Positions 52,994 through 64,000 of a stretch of DNA of 64,000 bases are shown here, in pieces. The translations under genes and the position numbers were made by a program. Positions within the stretch are counted from its first letter, which is position 1. Each line of letters starts with the position of its first letter. The DNA lies in NCBI GenBank assembly GCA_951406725.2, contig OX597840.1, forward strand, positions 22,816,001 to 22,880,000, given 5' to 3'. Under the pieces are notes generated by a model, which worked only from the letters and a program-made list of their open reading frames with translations, did no database searches and was not told the origin of the DNA. The stretch comes from Octopus vulgaris. Taxonomy: Eukaryota.

Positions 52994-53299
52994 ATAGTAA
53001 TAGATATGGAGAGAAAGAGTGAAGGAGGAAGATGTGAGAACTGGAGTCAAAGTGGACAACGACAGCTTCAAGAGAATTTCTAGGTTTCTACAACAAACGT
53101 TAATTAATATTTTTCAGGTCCACATAATCGTAAATGCTGTATCTGTTTCTTTAGACAGTTAATTACCAATCATTTGTATATATTTGATTGGGTTTTCTCT
53201 TAAATATCAGTTGTCAAGTGGAACTGATCAAACAATGAAGGTGCGTGAGAAACAACAAGAAATACACTTAATTAGGAAGACTCAACAAGGGGAACTAAC
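52994..53299 (-). promoter_or_regulatory. Putative promoter and exon 1 of ZF gene 4
   Basis: Reverse complement of 4597-4908; donor at 52993. Confidence 0.6.
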
Positions 53300-53559
53300 T
53301 CCATATTTCTTTATTATGATTATACAATCGTTACATAGAAGGACAAATACTGGACATACATGCAAAAAACAGTTAAGAGGTTCGATTAAAAATTTTCCAT
53401 AACATTTGGATTATTCATTATAAAAATTCGTCTGTAAATTGTCCTTTACATGACCAATAGAATATTATAACATTTCATAAACTTTCGATCTTACCGAAGT
53501 TTTAAACCCCGGCAATTTATAAGGCCCCGCAGCTTTTGTTTCCTCTCCTCCCTCCATAG

Positions 53560-56500
53560 TTAAGCTGGGTTTCTGACACCCACCTTTTTTTCCACTTCCT
53601 TCCATCTTTTCTCATACACACCCCGTGGTAAGATCCTCTTTTCCAGCCCCATTTTGCTCTTCAGATGATATCTGAAGTAAGTGAGCAAGCCGGGGCCCGA
53701 GACAAAGGATCCTATCGCGACTCCTTCCATTCTTGTACGCCACATGCATTCTTTTACTACTGCAACCGTGCAGTGAAAACATGCCTCACCTTCCTTCGAG
53801 AGTCCAGTTGGCGGTATCATCTTAATCATAGACTCAGCCGACAGCTGTACTCGTCCCAGATGCGATAACACGTGTTCTGCGTAACTTATCAAGTCGGACA
53901 ACTTCCGACAGTGTACAAAAGCGTGCTGGACGGTTTCATCGTCCAACTCGCACCTTGGACACGTCGGTGGCACTGAGATTCCGTGCCGCGATAACTTCTC
54001 GCGAACAGGTAAAGCATTCCTATAGCACTGCCAGGTCAGGGATCTTTGGAAATTATCCAAATACCCCGTCCTGAAAGTCTTTTTAAACAGGTTGGTAAGC
54101 TGGTCTTCGTCAAACCCCAGAGCCCCTCCTAGGACGTCGTCGTTCTTTGCCTCTACCAGCCTTCTATAAAATACCGAGGTGGTATTTCCGCAGCCGGCCT
54201 TGCCCGCCTTGTGGATCAGCGTGAGTGCCTGTCGGCACTCCTTTTGCCATAAAGTCAGTTTCCATCTTTTGATGCGACCGGGTTTAAAATTCACTAAGGA
54301 GGCCGGTCTCGGGAAAAATTCCCCTGCCAGCGGACTCCACACCTTATCACCCTCCAGGTGGTGCCAGAGATGCTTCAGCCTCAACGCATGTCTGCGCATC
54401 ATCAGCCAAGGCATTCCTAACCCACCCTTTAACGGTTCCTGGCAGCAAACGGAGCGCCTCACAAGTGGCTTTCCTCCCTTCCACAAAAAGCGGAAAAGGA
54501 TTCGCTCCAACTTGCTAAGCCATGAATCGGGGCAAGGGACAACGGTCAGGCGGTAAGTGATTACAGATGCAATGAACATCTGTACCACCTCCGCCCTTCC
54601 TTTCAAGGACAGAAACCTTCCGGACCAGGTCCGTACTATGGCCTCCACCTTGCTCGTCACCTCACTCCAGTTCCTCTCCGTTTGGGAGTCTGGCCCAAAC
54701 CAAACTCCTAGCAACTTAACAGGGCCATCCGTCCAGTGTCCCACGACACTGGACGATATCGACTTGCTCCTCCAGGTGCCGAGGCGCAAGCCAACCGACT
54801 TGTCCTTGTTAACCTTTGCTCCTGCCACCGCCTCGTATCCTCTGATAGCCTCTTCCACACAAGGTAGCTGGGCCTCATTGGACACGATGAGGGTGACGTC
54901 ATCCGCATAAGCAGTAACCGTTCTCCCACCTCCGATCTCATCCGAGTTACTTCCCAGCCTCTCCAACTTTCGCAGCAATGGCTCAAGAGGCAACACGTAC
55001 AAAAGTGGTGACAAGGGGCACCCTTGACGAACTGAACATTCGATCGAAAACGGTTCCGTTAGGTAACCGTTTATCTGGACGGTGGACTTGATGCCGCTAT
55101 ACATAGCGGAGATCCACCCGCGAAATTCAGGGCCCAGTCCAGCCGCTTCGAGGACTGTCGCCAGGTACTCATGGTCTACCCTATCGAACGCTTTACTTTG
55201 GTCTAAATGGACCATTACCCCGCCCTTGCCGGTTAATTTACCCACCCTATCTAAGGTGTAGCGTATAAGGTGAAGATTGTCCTGGATCGACCTGCCTGGA
55301 ATTGCACATGTCTGTGCTCTCCCTATAAGTTTCTCCACGACAACCGTCAACCTTTTTGCCAACACCTTGGCCAAAATCTTTAACTCTACATTAAGTAGAG
55401 TTATGGGCCTGTAGTTACTAATGTTATCCCCCTTGCTCGGGTCTTTCTGGATTAGCGTCACCACTCCCCGGCTTACAGAACTGGGAATTCTCCCATTCTG
55501 CTGCCAGTTCGTGTAGACGCCTGCCAATATTCCCCCGAACAAGTCCGGCATACTTTGGTAAAACTCGTAGGGCAGACCATCCAACCCCGGCGCATCCGGC
55601 CAGTATCCCCTCTATCTCCGCGGGAGTGATCGCTTCTTCACAGCACTCCACCTCACGCCCCGAGAGCCGCGGTCCGCCGGCTAGGAAGTCCTTTAAGGTC
55701 CTCCCCCGCTCCGGCGCCACACCACCCCCGAACACGCGGGCGAAATGCTGGTGAAGAAACTTTTGCATCTCCTCCTGTCCATAGATCTTTTGTCCCTGTT
55801 CGTCAGTTAAAGACTTGATTGAGGCTTTGTTACCTCTCTGACTCTCCGCTCGACGGGCCCATCCGGCAACGTTAATACCTTCTCGTTTCGCAGCGCGTAG
55901 CTTAGCTCTGACTCTGCAACCTTCGTGTTTGGAGTTAAGGTGACGGTACAATACCGTTCTTGCCGCCATCACTCCGGATGCAGAGCCAGCTTCCATTGCC
56001 TCGTTTAGATTCTTAACTAAATTGTCCTCTATCCTATTCCTATCTAACCTTAGCTGATTGCTAATTCTAATGGACTCTGAACGAATGGCTCTTTTGAGGG
56101 AGTGCCACCATCTATTGTTAATGATGGTGCCACACAATGCCCTCTGTACTAACACCTTAATCCGGGTACGGAAGTCTTCACAATTCAAAATAGCCTTGTT
56201 CAGCTTGCAGTACCCGGGTCCCTGTCTATGACACTTATCTAATTGCATCCTACACGTCACAAATTTGTGATCCGTGTAAGGCACAATGTGAAACTGTGGA
56301 CAACTAAACGTATCCTTATCTCTTTTCTTAATAAATATCCTATCTAAATACGATCTGTGTGAGCCGTCGTTGTTACTCCACATCCACTGTGGAACGCTCG
56401 GCTCATCCAGTCGGTAACGGTCCACTAGATCAAAGCTCTCTAGTAGACCCTTGAGGCTAGGGTTCCCCTTCCTATTGGTTGAGCCAACACTGTCGACCCG

Positions 56501-56935
56501 CGCTTCAAGGACAGTGTTAAAGTCCCCTACTAGGATTACCGTTTTCGACATCGCTAAAAAGGGCTCCAGGTTCCGAAAAAAACCCGTCTGCCTACACTCA
56601 TTCGGAGCGTAGACAGCTACCAACCTGAAGGACTGTTTACTTACGTGGGTCACATCCAGAACAACCAGCCTGCCTTCTGGGTCCAGAAAGACAGTACTTA
56701 CCTGCAAGTCCAAGCTCTTCCTGATAAGGACTGATACGCCTCTGCCTCTTCCTCGGCTAGGAGAAATAAATTTCTCGAACCCATTTAGAAGAGGCGAGAA
56801 CGCTTGGGCCTCGTTCATCTTGGACTCGGTTGCAATAGCTATGTCCACTCCATGTGTCGTGAGGTCGTTCAGGAAACAAATTTGTTTCCATTTCGACCCC
56901 ATTCCACGTACATTCACACAACCCAGCTTAGCCAT
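53560..56935 (-). pseudogene. LINE ORF2 (APE-RT-zinc domain), one frameshift near 55590
   Basis: ORFs 55424-56935 and 53560-55584. Confidence 0.92.
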
Positions 56936-56962
56936 TGTCGGTGAGAGAAAAAATAAATGAAC

Positions 56963-58398
56963 TTACGGTTGAGAAAGGGAGCATGACAGTTTAAATCTGC
57001 CCGCTTCCCCTTCTTCCTCCCTTGTGGTCGTAGCTGCAGGGCTCTTAACCGGCGTTGCCACCGGGCTCTGGGTAGGTGTGGTTGCCGGGGTTATAACAAG
57101 TTTACCCTCCAGTACTTCCTTTGTTACGTCTCTTATCAGTTTATTCTTTAGATGTTCTTGTAGTATTTCCTCCTTCCACTCGTCTTCCTTTATTTTTGCG
57201 AAGCGAGTGGTTGCTTTTATGTCTGTAGCCTTGCTAAATAGTTTAAATTTTGAAAATTTATAGTATTTATATACCCTCCCGTTTTTTTCATCAAATGCTA
57301 TGATCTTATCATTTTTTTAAAAAGACTTTTTCACATCTTGTTTTATGGGGAGGGGCTTGGCGAACTGTTTTCCAATGAATACAGTGCCGTGGGGGTAGGG
57401 CTGGGGAATTTGCTTTGTGTGTATGTCTGCGGTGCTTGCTGATTTTTTCCTTGTTTGGGGAGGGGAGTCCAGGGTGTTGTCTTTTTTTCTTTTGTGTGTC
57501 ACCTGTGTGTAATCCATTTGTTCGATACAATCCTCCGTTTCTGTTTCTTTGCTTGTCGTCGTCTTGTTTTCTTTTTCCGCCTTCTCCCCTTCAGTGTTTG
57601 AAGCACTTTGAGGAGGGGCTTCGTTGGTTTTCTTTTTTTTTAAGCAGTTCGAGCGGACGTGACCCTTCTCGCCACATTTAAAGCACCTAGGTCTGCGTCC
57701 CTCCACTGACACTCTCATGGACGTTCCATCCTCGTTAAATATCCTATCGGGCAGGTTCTCCAATATCTTGTTTTCTGCCTGAACGAGGAATTCCAGCGTC
57801 TGTCCCTTCCAGCGTACCTCCTCTTTCCTTCTCATCTGCAGAATCGAAACTTCCCGCTCTACATTGTGCAGGACCGCCGCTGCTACCCACATTATATCAT
57901 ACCCTCTCGGTATGTCCTCTACCAGCAGTTTAGCTGTTCTTTTTCCCATATACGAGGGTAGCAACATGATATCATCATTTTTCAGGGTCATTGATGACAC
58001 CTCTCTTGCTACCTCAGCCGAGTCAAAATGTGCTTCAACAGTAGCGCTGCGAGCACCTCGAACGACATGGCGAATTTTGTCCCACACCGGGACAAGCACT
58101 TTTCGACTATCTCGTTTCTAACGTCCATAATTTTTTTTTCTTTGTAGCTATACACTTTGTATATAACTGTCTTTTCCTTTATTTCTTGTACCTTCGCTTG
58201 CGGCGGTACAAGTTTGATTTCGTTTCCTTCCATTTTTACAAAGTTCCGAAATTCGAATAGTTGTTCGATCTTGAATTCAACGTCCATCATGGTTCCGCCT
58301 ACCGCGGCCGAAAAAGACTGTTTTTTTACTTCAGTGTCCTTTAATTCACTTGTTCCCATCGCGGGAAAATCATTCTTCGACGCCAAGTCGAAATCCAT
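56963..58398 (-). pseudogene. LINE ORF1 (CCHC), frameshift in an A-run near 58135 and TAA at 57317
   Basis: MDFDLASKNDF start; VEGRRPRCFKCGEKGHVRSNC. Confidence 0.85.
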
Positions 58399-58650
58399 TT
58401 CTCAAAAATGTTTCAAAAATTACCTCGAAGGTAATAACAATTTTAAACACAGAATTTTCTGACCCGTAGGGCGAAAATTACCGTTACACAACGGGCACTG
58501 TTCAATTAACAATTAACAACAAACAACGATGAGCAAAAAGTCGAACTCTCTCAACAAAAGGCAGCAAATTTCTCAAAACGCAGATGAAAGTTAACAAGGG
58601 GAACTAACCCTTGTCTTGAAATGTTAACGGCTTTACTGATATATATTTGA

Positions 58651-59812
58651 GTAGCAATATAACCCAGCGTTGCTCGGTATTAAAACCGGATCATTAAGTG
58701 ATGAAGTGATTTATTTCAAACCAAAATAAGTGACAAGGACATCACATTCGTGCGAAATCTGCTGAAATTAGGATCGCAGGCAATTTGATTGGGAAATACC
58801 ATAAGGAATAAGTTTATCGAATATTTCTACTAATGGTTTTTTATTTTATTTTTTTTTGAGAACATAAAGCATTCAAAGATCCTACGAGTTCTAAGTAGTG
58901 CTGGTATCGAGTTTGAGCAAAATATGTCAAAATTGGTAAAAGTTATGGCTGAAAATGGGGTGTAGCCAATTTTAGCAGAAATCCTATAAGGAATTAGTTT
59001 ATCAATTATTTATCCTCATTGAATGGAAAACCCCAAATCGATGGTGTTTGGCCTTGGGACTTATTGATGGACATGGTGAAGCATGGTCTCACCGGACATT
59101 GCAATCTGCAGAACTTCACCGGCATGTCTGACCGTGGGGGATAAAGCTGCATCCTTGAAATGAAAACATTTTCACCCCTCCTGCACCCTGTTACAATGGT
59201 GGCCTCAGTCAAGTGGGGCGTCAGGGACTTGATTACTAAGTGGGTCCTGTTGCACTGTTTAGGCAGAAGTAAGTTTCTGATTAGCCTAATTGGGCATCCA
59301 ACCCTTAGCCTAACGATGTGAGATGGAAGCCTAGCTGGCTCCAATGAGTTGAGAAACTTGTTAGGGTAAATGACAATGCCTTGGGTGTCAGACGTCCGGT
59401 CAATTGATTTGTAGATGTACTCCTCACCCGGAATTTGTCATATGAGCTGGTCATTGATAGCACTGACACCTACGTTTTGTGGGGCCAGGATGGTTCTTTC
59501 ACTGAGCCAATTGATGTCTGCATAATTACTTTCCAGATTGGGGAACACTGTTTCCAAAAGACCGGAAGAGTTGTTCATGGAGTTGCACAGTTCATAGACT
59601 GATATGTTGCCCCTATCACTCCTAGGGACCTTGCCTTCTCCAAGGGCTAAAATTTCTTCAGCAAATGCTGCTGACATTCTATCACCAAGCAAGTGTGCAT
59701 GCATGTTTGTGCTTAGGCTTAAGGTCTTAACCTGGGGCCACAACATGGATGACTTAAGGCATGCGTGCACTTCATCAGCCCTGCTCCCTTTAGGAAAGAC
59801 AGGAAGGATTTG
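58651..59812 (-). mobile_element. Helitron 3' remnant with PIF1-like helicase C-terminus
   Basis: QILPV, ILAPQN, LRVGCPIRLIRNL and MSINKSQGQT; 3' hairpin CCGAGCAACGCTGGG followed by CTAC|T (a CTRR-like end). Confidence 0.85.
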
Positions 59813-60754
59813 CACACTTCTTTCTGAGTCTTTTCTTCCTCTTCCCACCTCATTCCTAACCTTATCTTCTTTTCTTTCTCCCACTTTTTCTCTAATAGCT
59901 GAAAGTGTTATTGACAGGCAAAGTAACATAATGACATGCAGAATTATTATAAGATCACCTTTCTCTACTTCTTCTTCACTCCCCCATCCCTATCATGCCT
60001 ACTCTACATATCAAAAGTATACCAGTTGGAGAGAGAGAAGCTGGTTATATATATACAGGGAGAATTTACGGAAAAAACAAACAGATGTATTAGTATAGTG
60101 CTCAGGAATAGAAAAAGTCTTTTACGTTTCGAGCCTTTGCTCTTCTACAGAAAGGAACACAGAAAAAACGAGGATATATACACATATTATTTTTGCATTA
60201 AGTTTGGTTATTTTTTTTTACAGAGTAATTAAATATCACATAAGGAGACTGGATAAAAGTTTGATATCATTTATTCAGCATTACATGTGTTTCATTTCCT
60301 AATAGGAATCACAAACTTTTAGATGAAGAGAAAACATGTAAAATATTTCCTATAAGAAATTCTCCAGACATACATATGTGTGTGTGTACGCTTGTCCAGA
60401 TGTGATGTTTGTAAATGACCGTCATACAAATGCAGTTGGTCATTTCCAGTCTTCTGTGTCGAATACGTCTCACCATGGAAAACGTTTCCTTGCTTGGAAA
60501 CATTTGGGGATTGGCAACAGGAAAGGTACCCGGGTGAAGAGAATCTCCATCAATGAAGTCCGTGTGATAGACAGAAGCATGAATAACTGAATTTTAAAGG
60601 ATGATCATTCACCACAGATACGACAGTGATTTGGTTTCTCCAGTGTATGAATACGCTTTTGTTTAGTTAGGCAACTACTAAGAGAATGATTTACCATACA
60701 TGGCACAGTGGTATTCTTTGTCTCCTGTATGGATATATTTCTGAATATCTAAGC

Positions 60755-60973
60755 CAGTGCTTTTCAACCTTTTTGCTGGAGTGGAAGTCCAAGGAAACAT
60801 TCCAATGGCTCGAGGAACCCCTGTGCAATAATTTAATTGTCTTATGCACACATATCTGCACAGGAGAATTAAAAATTACTGTCGATTTTAGCATTTTTGT
60901 AACTTCTTGCGGAACCCCTGGACCGTACTGGCGGAACCCTTAGGTTCCACGGAACTCTGGTTGAAAACCACTG
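60755..60973. mobile_element. hAT (Charlie-like) MITE
   Basis: TIR CAGTG(C/G)TTTTCAACC; perfect 8-bp TSD ATCTAAGC (60747-60754 and 60974-60981). Confidence 0.9.
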
Positions 60974-61096
60974 ATCTAAGCAGTAAGTACAAGAGAATGA
61001 TCTACTACAGACATGACATTGATATGGTTTCTCCTCTGTATGAACCCATGTTGAGTAGTTAAGTTACTTCTTTGATAGAATGATTTGCCACTGATA

Positions 61097-61636
61097 TCAC
61101 GGGGAGGTTTTCTCCACTGCATGAATACGCTTGTGTCTAGTTAGGCAACTGCTAACAGAGAATGATTTATCACAGATGTCACAGTGATATGGCTTCTCCC
61201 CTGTATGAACCCTTGAGTGAGTAGTAAAGTTACCTCTGTGATAGAATGATTCACCACAGACACCACATTGATAGGGTTTCTCCCCTGTATGAATACGTTT
61301 GTGTTGAGCTAAGCTACCGTTTTCAGAGAAAGATTTACCACATAAATCACAGTGATCTGGTTTCTCTCCTGTATGGATACATTTATGACGAGTTAAGCTA
61401 CTGCCAACAGAGAATGATTTACCACAGATATCACACTGATGGGGTTTCTTCCCTGTATGAAGCTGTTTGTGAGTAGCTAAGCTACCTCTTCGACTGAATG
61501 ATTTACCACAGATATCACATTTGTATGGTTGTTCCCCTGTATGAATTTGTTTGTGTTGACTGAATTTACTTTCTTCTAGGAATGACTCTTTGCAGATGTC
61601 ACAGTCATACGATGATTTTCTTAATTCTTCAGACAT
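61097..61636 (-). CDS. C2H2 zinc-finger protein (ZF gene 5), 6 fingers, truncated by a frameshift
   Basis: [15 protein letters not shown] start; degenerate fingers continue to ~60620. Confidence 0.78.
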   Translation of the reverse strand: MSEELRKSSYDCDICKESFLEESKFSQHKQIHTGEQPYKCDICGKSFSRRGSLATHKQLHTGKKPHQCDICGKSFSVGSSLTRHKCIHTGEKPDHCDLCGKSFSENGSLAQHKRIHTGEKPYQCGVCGESFYHRGNFTTHSRVHTGEKPYHCDICDKSFSVSSCLTRHKRIHAVEKTSP

Positions 61637-64000
61637 CTCTTCAAGAAAAATAAAATGAATCCTTAAAGTTTTACACTTCAATAAATTTTCAAAAATATTT
61701 CTCCTCCCACCAAAATATATTGATATTTTTCTTTTTGTTTTTATAGTTTATTCCAAACAAATATCACTTTTCTTTTAAATGTGATCTTAATATTTAGAAA
61801 TGCTACAAATACCTTTGTAAATCTATCAAAGTATATTTAAAAGAGAAAATTATCTCTTGCACATTTCAGAAGTAAAGAAATGCTTTCTCTCTCAGAGGAA
61901 ATATTTTACTGTAACTCAGCAATGTTTTCTAGAAGCAGGATTATACGTTTGTAGAATATCTTTGCAGAGTCTTTCAAACATGATACATATTGATGATTCG
62001 TTAAAAGTAAAAGATACATTTTAGCCAATTTCATGTGATTTTTCTGAAAGAATAGAAAAAATAATATAAGACATCAAGTAAGTTTAAAAGGCAGATATTC
62101 AAAAGTGCAAATTTACGACATTTCTGTTTTCATAAATTGTAGAATTAATTCTTTATCTGAACTATTAAATTTATCCCATCTCTCTATTTTCAAGAGGTTT
62201 ATATCACAGACATATCTATCGTAATAACACCTCCTGGACATTGTGTCTGTCCTAGACACACACCAATATACATGTCAATGACAGTAGATATTTGATGGTT
62301 TCATCTCAGTCATGTGTCGTATCAACACAGCTTTGTTTGGTAACACAGACATCACTCCTCCTCTGCCTCATTCTGTACATTCGTAAATACACAAATACAT
62401 AGATACGGGCAGCTTGATGTCAAAATTCTGTGGAGCTTGAAACATGGAGAAAAGTCAGTAAAGAATCAACATTCTTTTCTACTCTAAGGCACAAAGCTCG
62501 AAGTTTTTGAGGAAGGGCCAGTCAATTAGATTGATCCCAGTACACAACTCGTACTTAACTTATCGACCCCGAAAGGATGAAGGGCAAAATCGACCTTGGC
62601 GGAATTTGAACTGAGAACGTAAAGACAGACAAAATACTGCTAAGCACGTTATTTTGTATTTTTATCCGTGCTATCTTTATTGTTTTTACGTATTTTCGAA
62701 ATTTTTTTTCGAGTGACATCGTCCGTTTTTCCGTCACCGTGTTGTATACTTTCGAGGTTTTCTTCCAAGGAATCTAATGCAATTGGCTTAGATTTTCCTT
62801 GGCGGGCTGCCCAGATTGGAGCAATCTCAAGATTAATCAGCCGAAATTGTGAAGATGATCTGGTTCTTGACTGATGACTGAGAGCTTCGAAAGTCCCGTC
62901 TGTGTGTTTTTTTGTCGTCTTCAAAATGTTTCACGTTCTTGTCCCAGTTTGTGTTTTTTTAACGTTTACCTATATATGTATATATATATATATATATATA
63001 CATATATAAACACGGTAGAAGTAAAGACCTGAACCCTTCGAAGGGATGTTTAGCATCGAAGTTCCTGAGGAAAATCCTAATTTGTAATTTCAAAAGGATT
63101 ATATTTTCCTCAAAGTTACGAGGGAAAAACTCGGATCTTGTGAATTATCCGACGTCCTCTCCCCACCCCCTTGGAAAAGGTTTTCCCCACAAATTTCTAT
63201 ATAATCTTAATCTATACCGTCTGAATGGTATTTATATAAAATTTCATTTTTAAAAACTCATTTTGAAGGTATGAGGGAAAAGCATTGGATCTTGTGAATT
63301 TTCCGAAGGCCTCACCCCACCCCCGTTGCTTTCTGGGCCTTTTTGTTCTCATATTCGTTCCCTACCCTCTTTTTTTTTACACCGGTTCCCCTTTTTTCTT
63401 TCCATTTCGTTCCCGGGTAATAATGTCAACATACAAGGATGTATATAAAGCTAATTCCGTAAAAATCTATGTGTATATGTTTATATATATATATTGTATG
63501 TATTTATACATGCATAAGTTTCGAAAGATATTAGAATAACGAAATAAAAGTCAGTCATAATAACAGATCTCCCCCAAATCTATTTCCTTAATTTTTAACG
63601 GCGATAGTAAAGAATATGTACACCCGGTCTTTAGGGTTGGTTTTAGTTAGGCCGAAAACGGGTGGTGGACTCGTTCTTTACCTCCGACATTTTTAAACCG
63701 TTTCTAGCACGCATAAAAATTTCGGCCCATATTTTGGCAATTTGGATTTTGAAGTATTTAAAACAAGGTAAAAAAGAAATGAATTCAACTCCTTCGTTTG
63801 CAAATTTTGGGGCGCTGTGGAACCCCACCAAAGACTATTGAGGCACAGCAGCAAGGTTACAGCGTTATAACGGGTGGTGCGCTGAAACAAACCAAGCACC
63901 CTCATGAGGTTCACCAGTTAAAACTACGAATTAAAAAAGAAAAACAGTGGAAAGTTTTGGAATTAAGATGGAGGGAGTTGGTTAAAAAATTTTCTGTTAT

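Larger units (their letters stand above)
53300..58592 (-). mobile_element. Tx1/L1-clade LINE, copy B, apparently full length
   Basis: 5' UTR, ORF1 and ORF2, with a 16-bp TSD AACAAGGGGAACTAAC at 53284-53299 and 58593-58608. Confidence 0.95.

Noticed and set aside
57117-57901. APOBEC-like G->A hypermutation of copy B as the explanation of the A/G differences
   Set aside because: TGG codons in B are untouched, B has the more plausible protein motifs, and the bias depends on the 5' neighbour of A as expected for ADAR. It is not formally excluded without a family consensus.
62868-62900. CTGATGA...GAAA hammerhead candidate
   Set aside because: There is no stem II pairing, and the related copy at ~46290-46320 lacks the core.

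Overview
AT-rich, repeat-dense eukaryotic DNA. The zinc-finger codon style and SINE families point to a coleoid cephalopod, probably Octopus (inferred, not proven). The window is a cluster of C2H2 zinc-finger (ZF) genes: two on + (8.8 kb, 26.8 kb), three on - (42 kb, 50 kb, 61 kb) and one copy with its coding exon deleted (36-39 kb). The cluster is mirror-arranged around a block of Merlin/ISXO2-like transposons at 31-36 kb. The units share a promoter (GAGTTAGTTCCC(C/T)TTG motif plus two CCAAT boxes), a short non-coding exon 1 and one large finger exon. Transposons include two near-identical Tx1/L1-clade LINEs, a CR1-clade LINE nested with a Mag-type Gypsy element, a 2.8-kb foldback element, Helitron, mariner/Tc1 and Penelope-like remnants (one with a hammerhead ribozyme motif), MITEs and SINEs. 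The strongest signal: over its first ~785 nt the left Tx1 copy differs from its twin by about 109 sense-strand A->G changes against about 14 others (manual count), with the ADAR neighbour bias. This looks like an A-to-I hyper-edited RNA written back into the genome. Both Tx1 copies sit exactly in the ZF-promoter motif (16-bp TSD), and the same promoter also attracts LTR and Helitron ends. Coordinates of degraded repeats are approximate.
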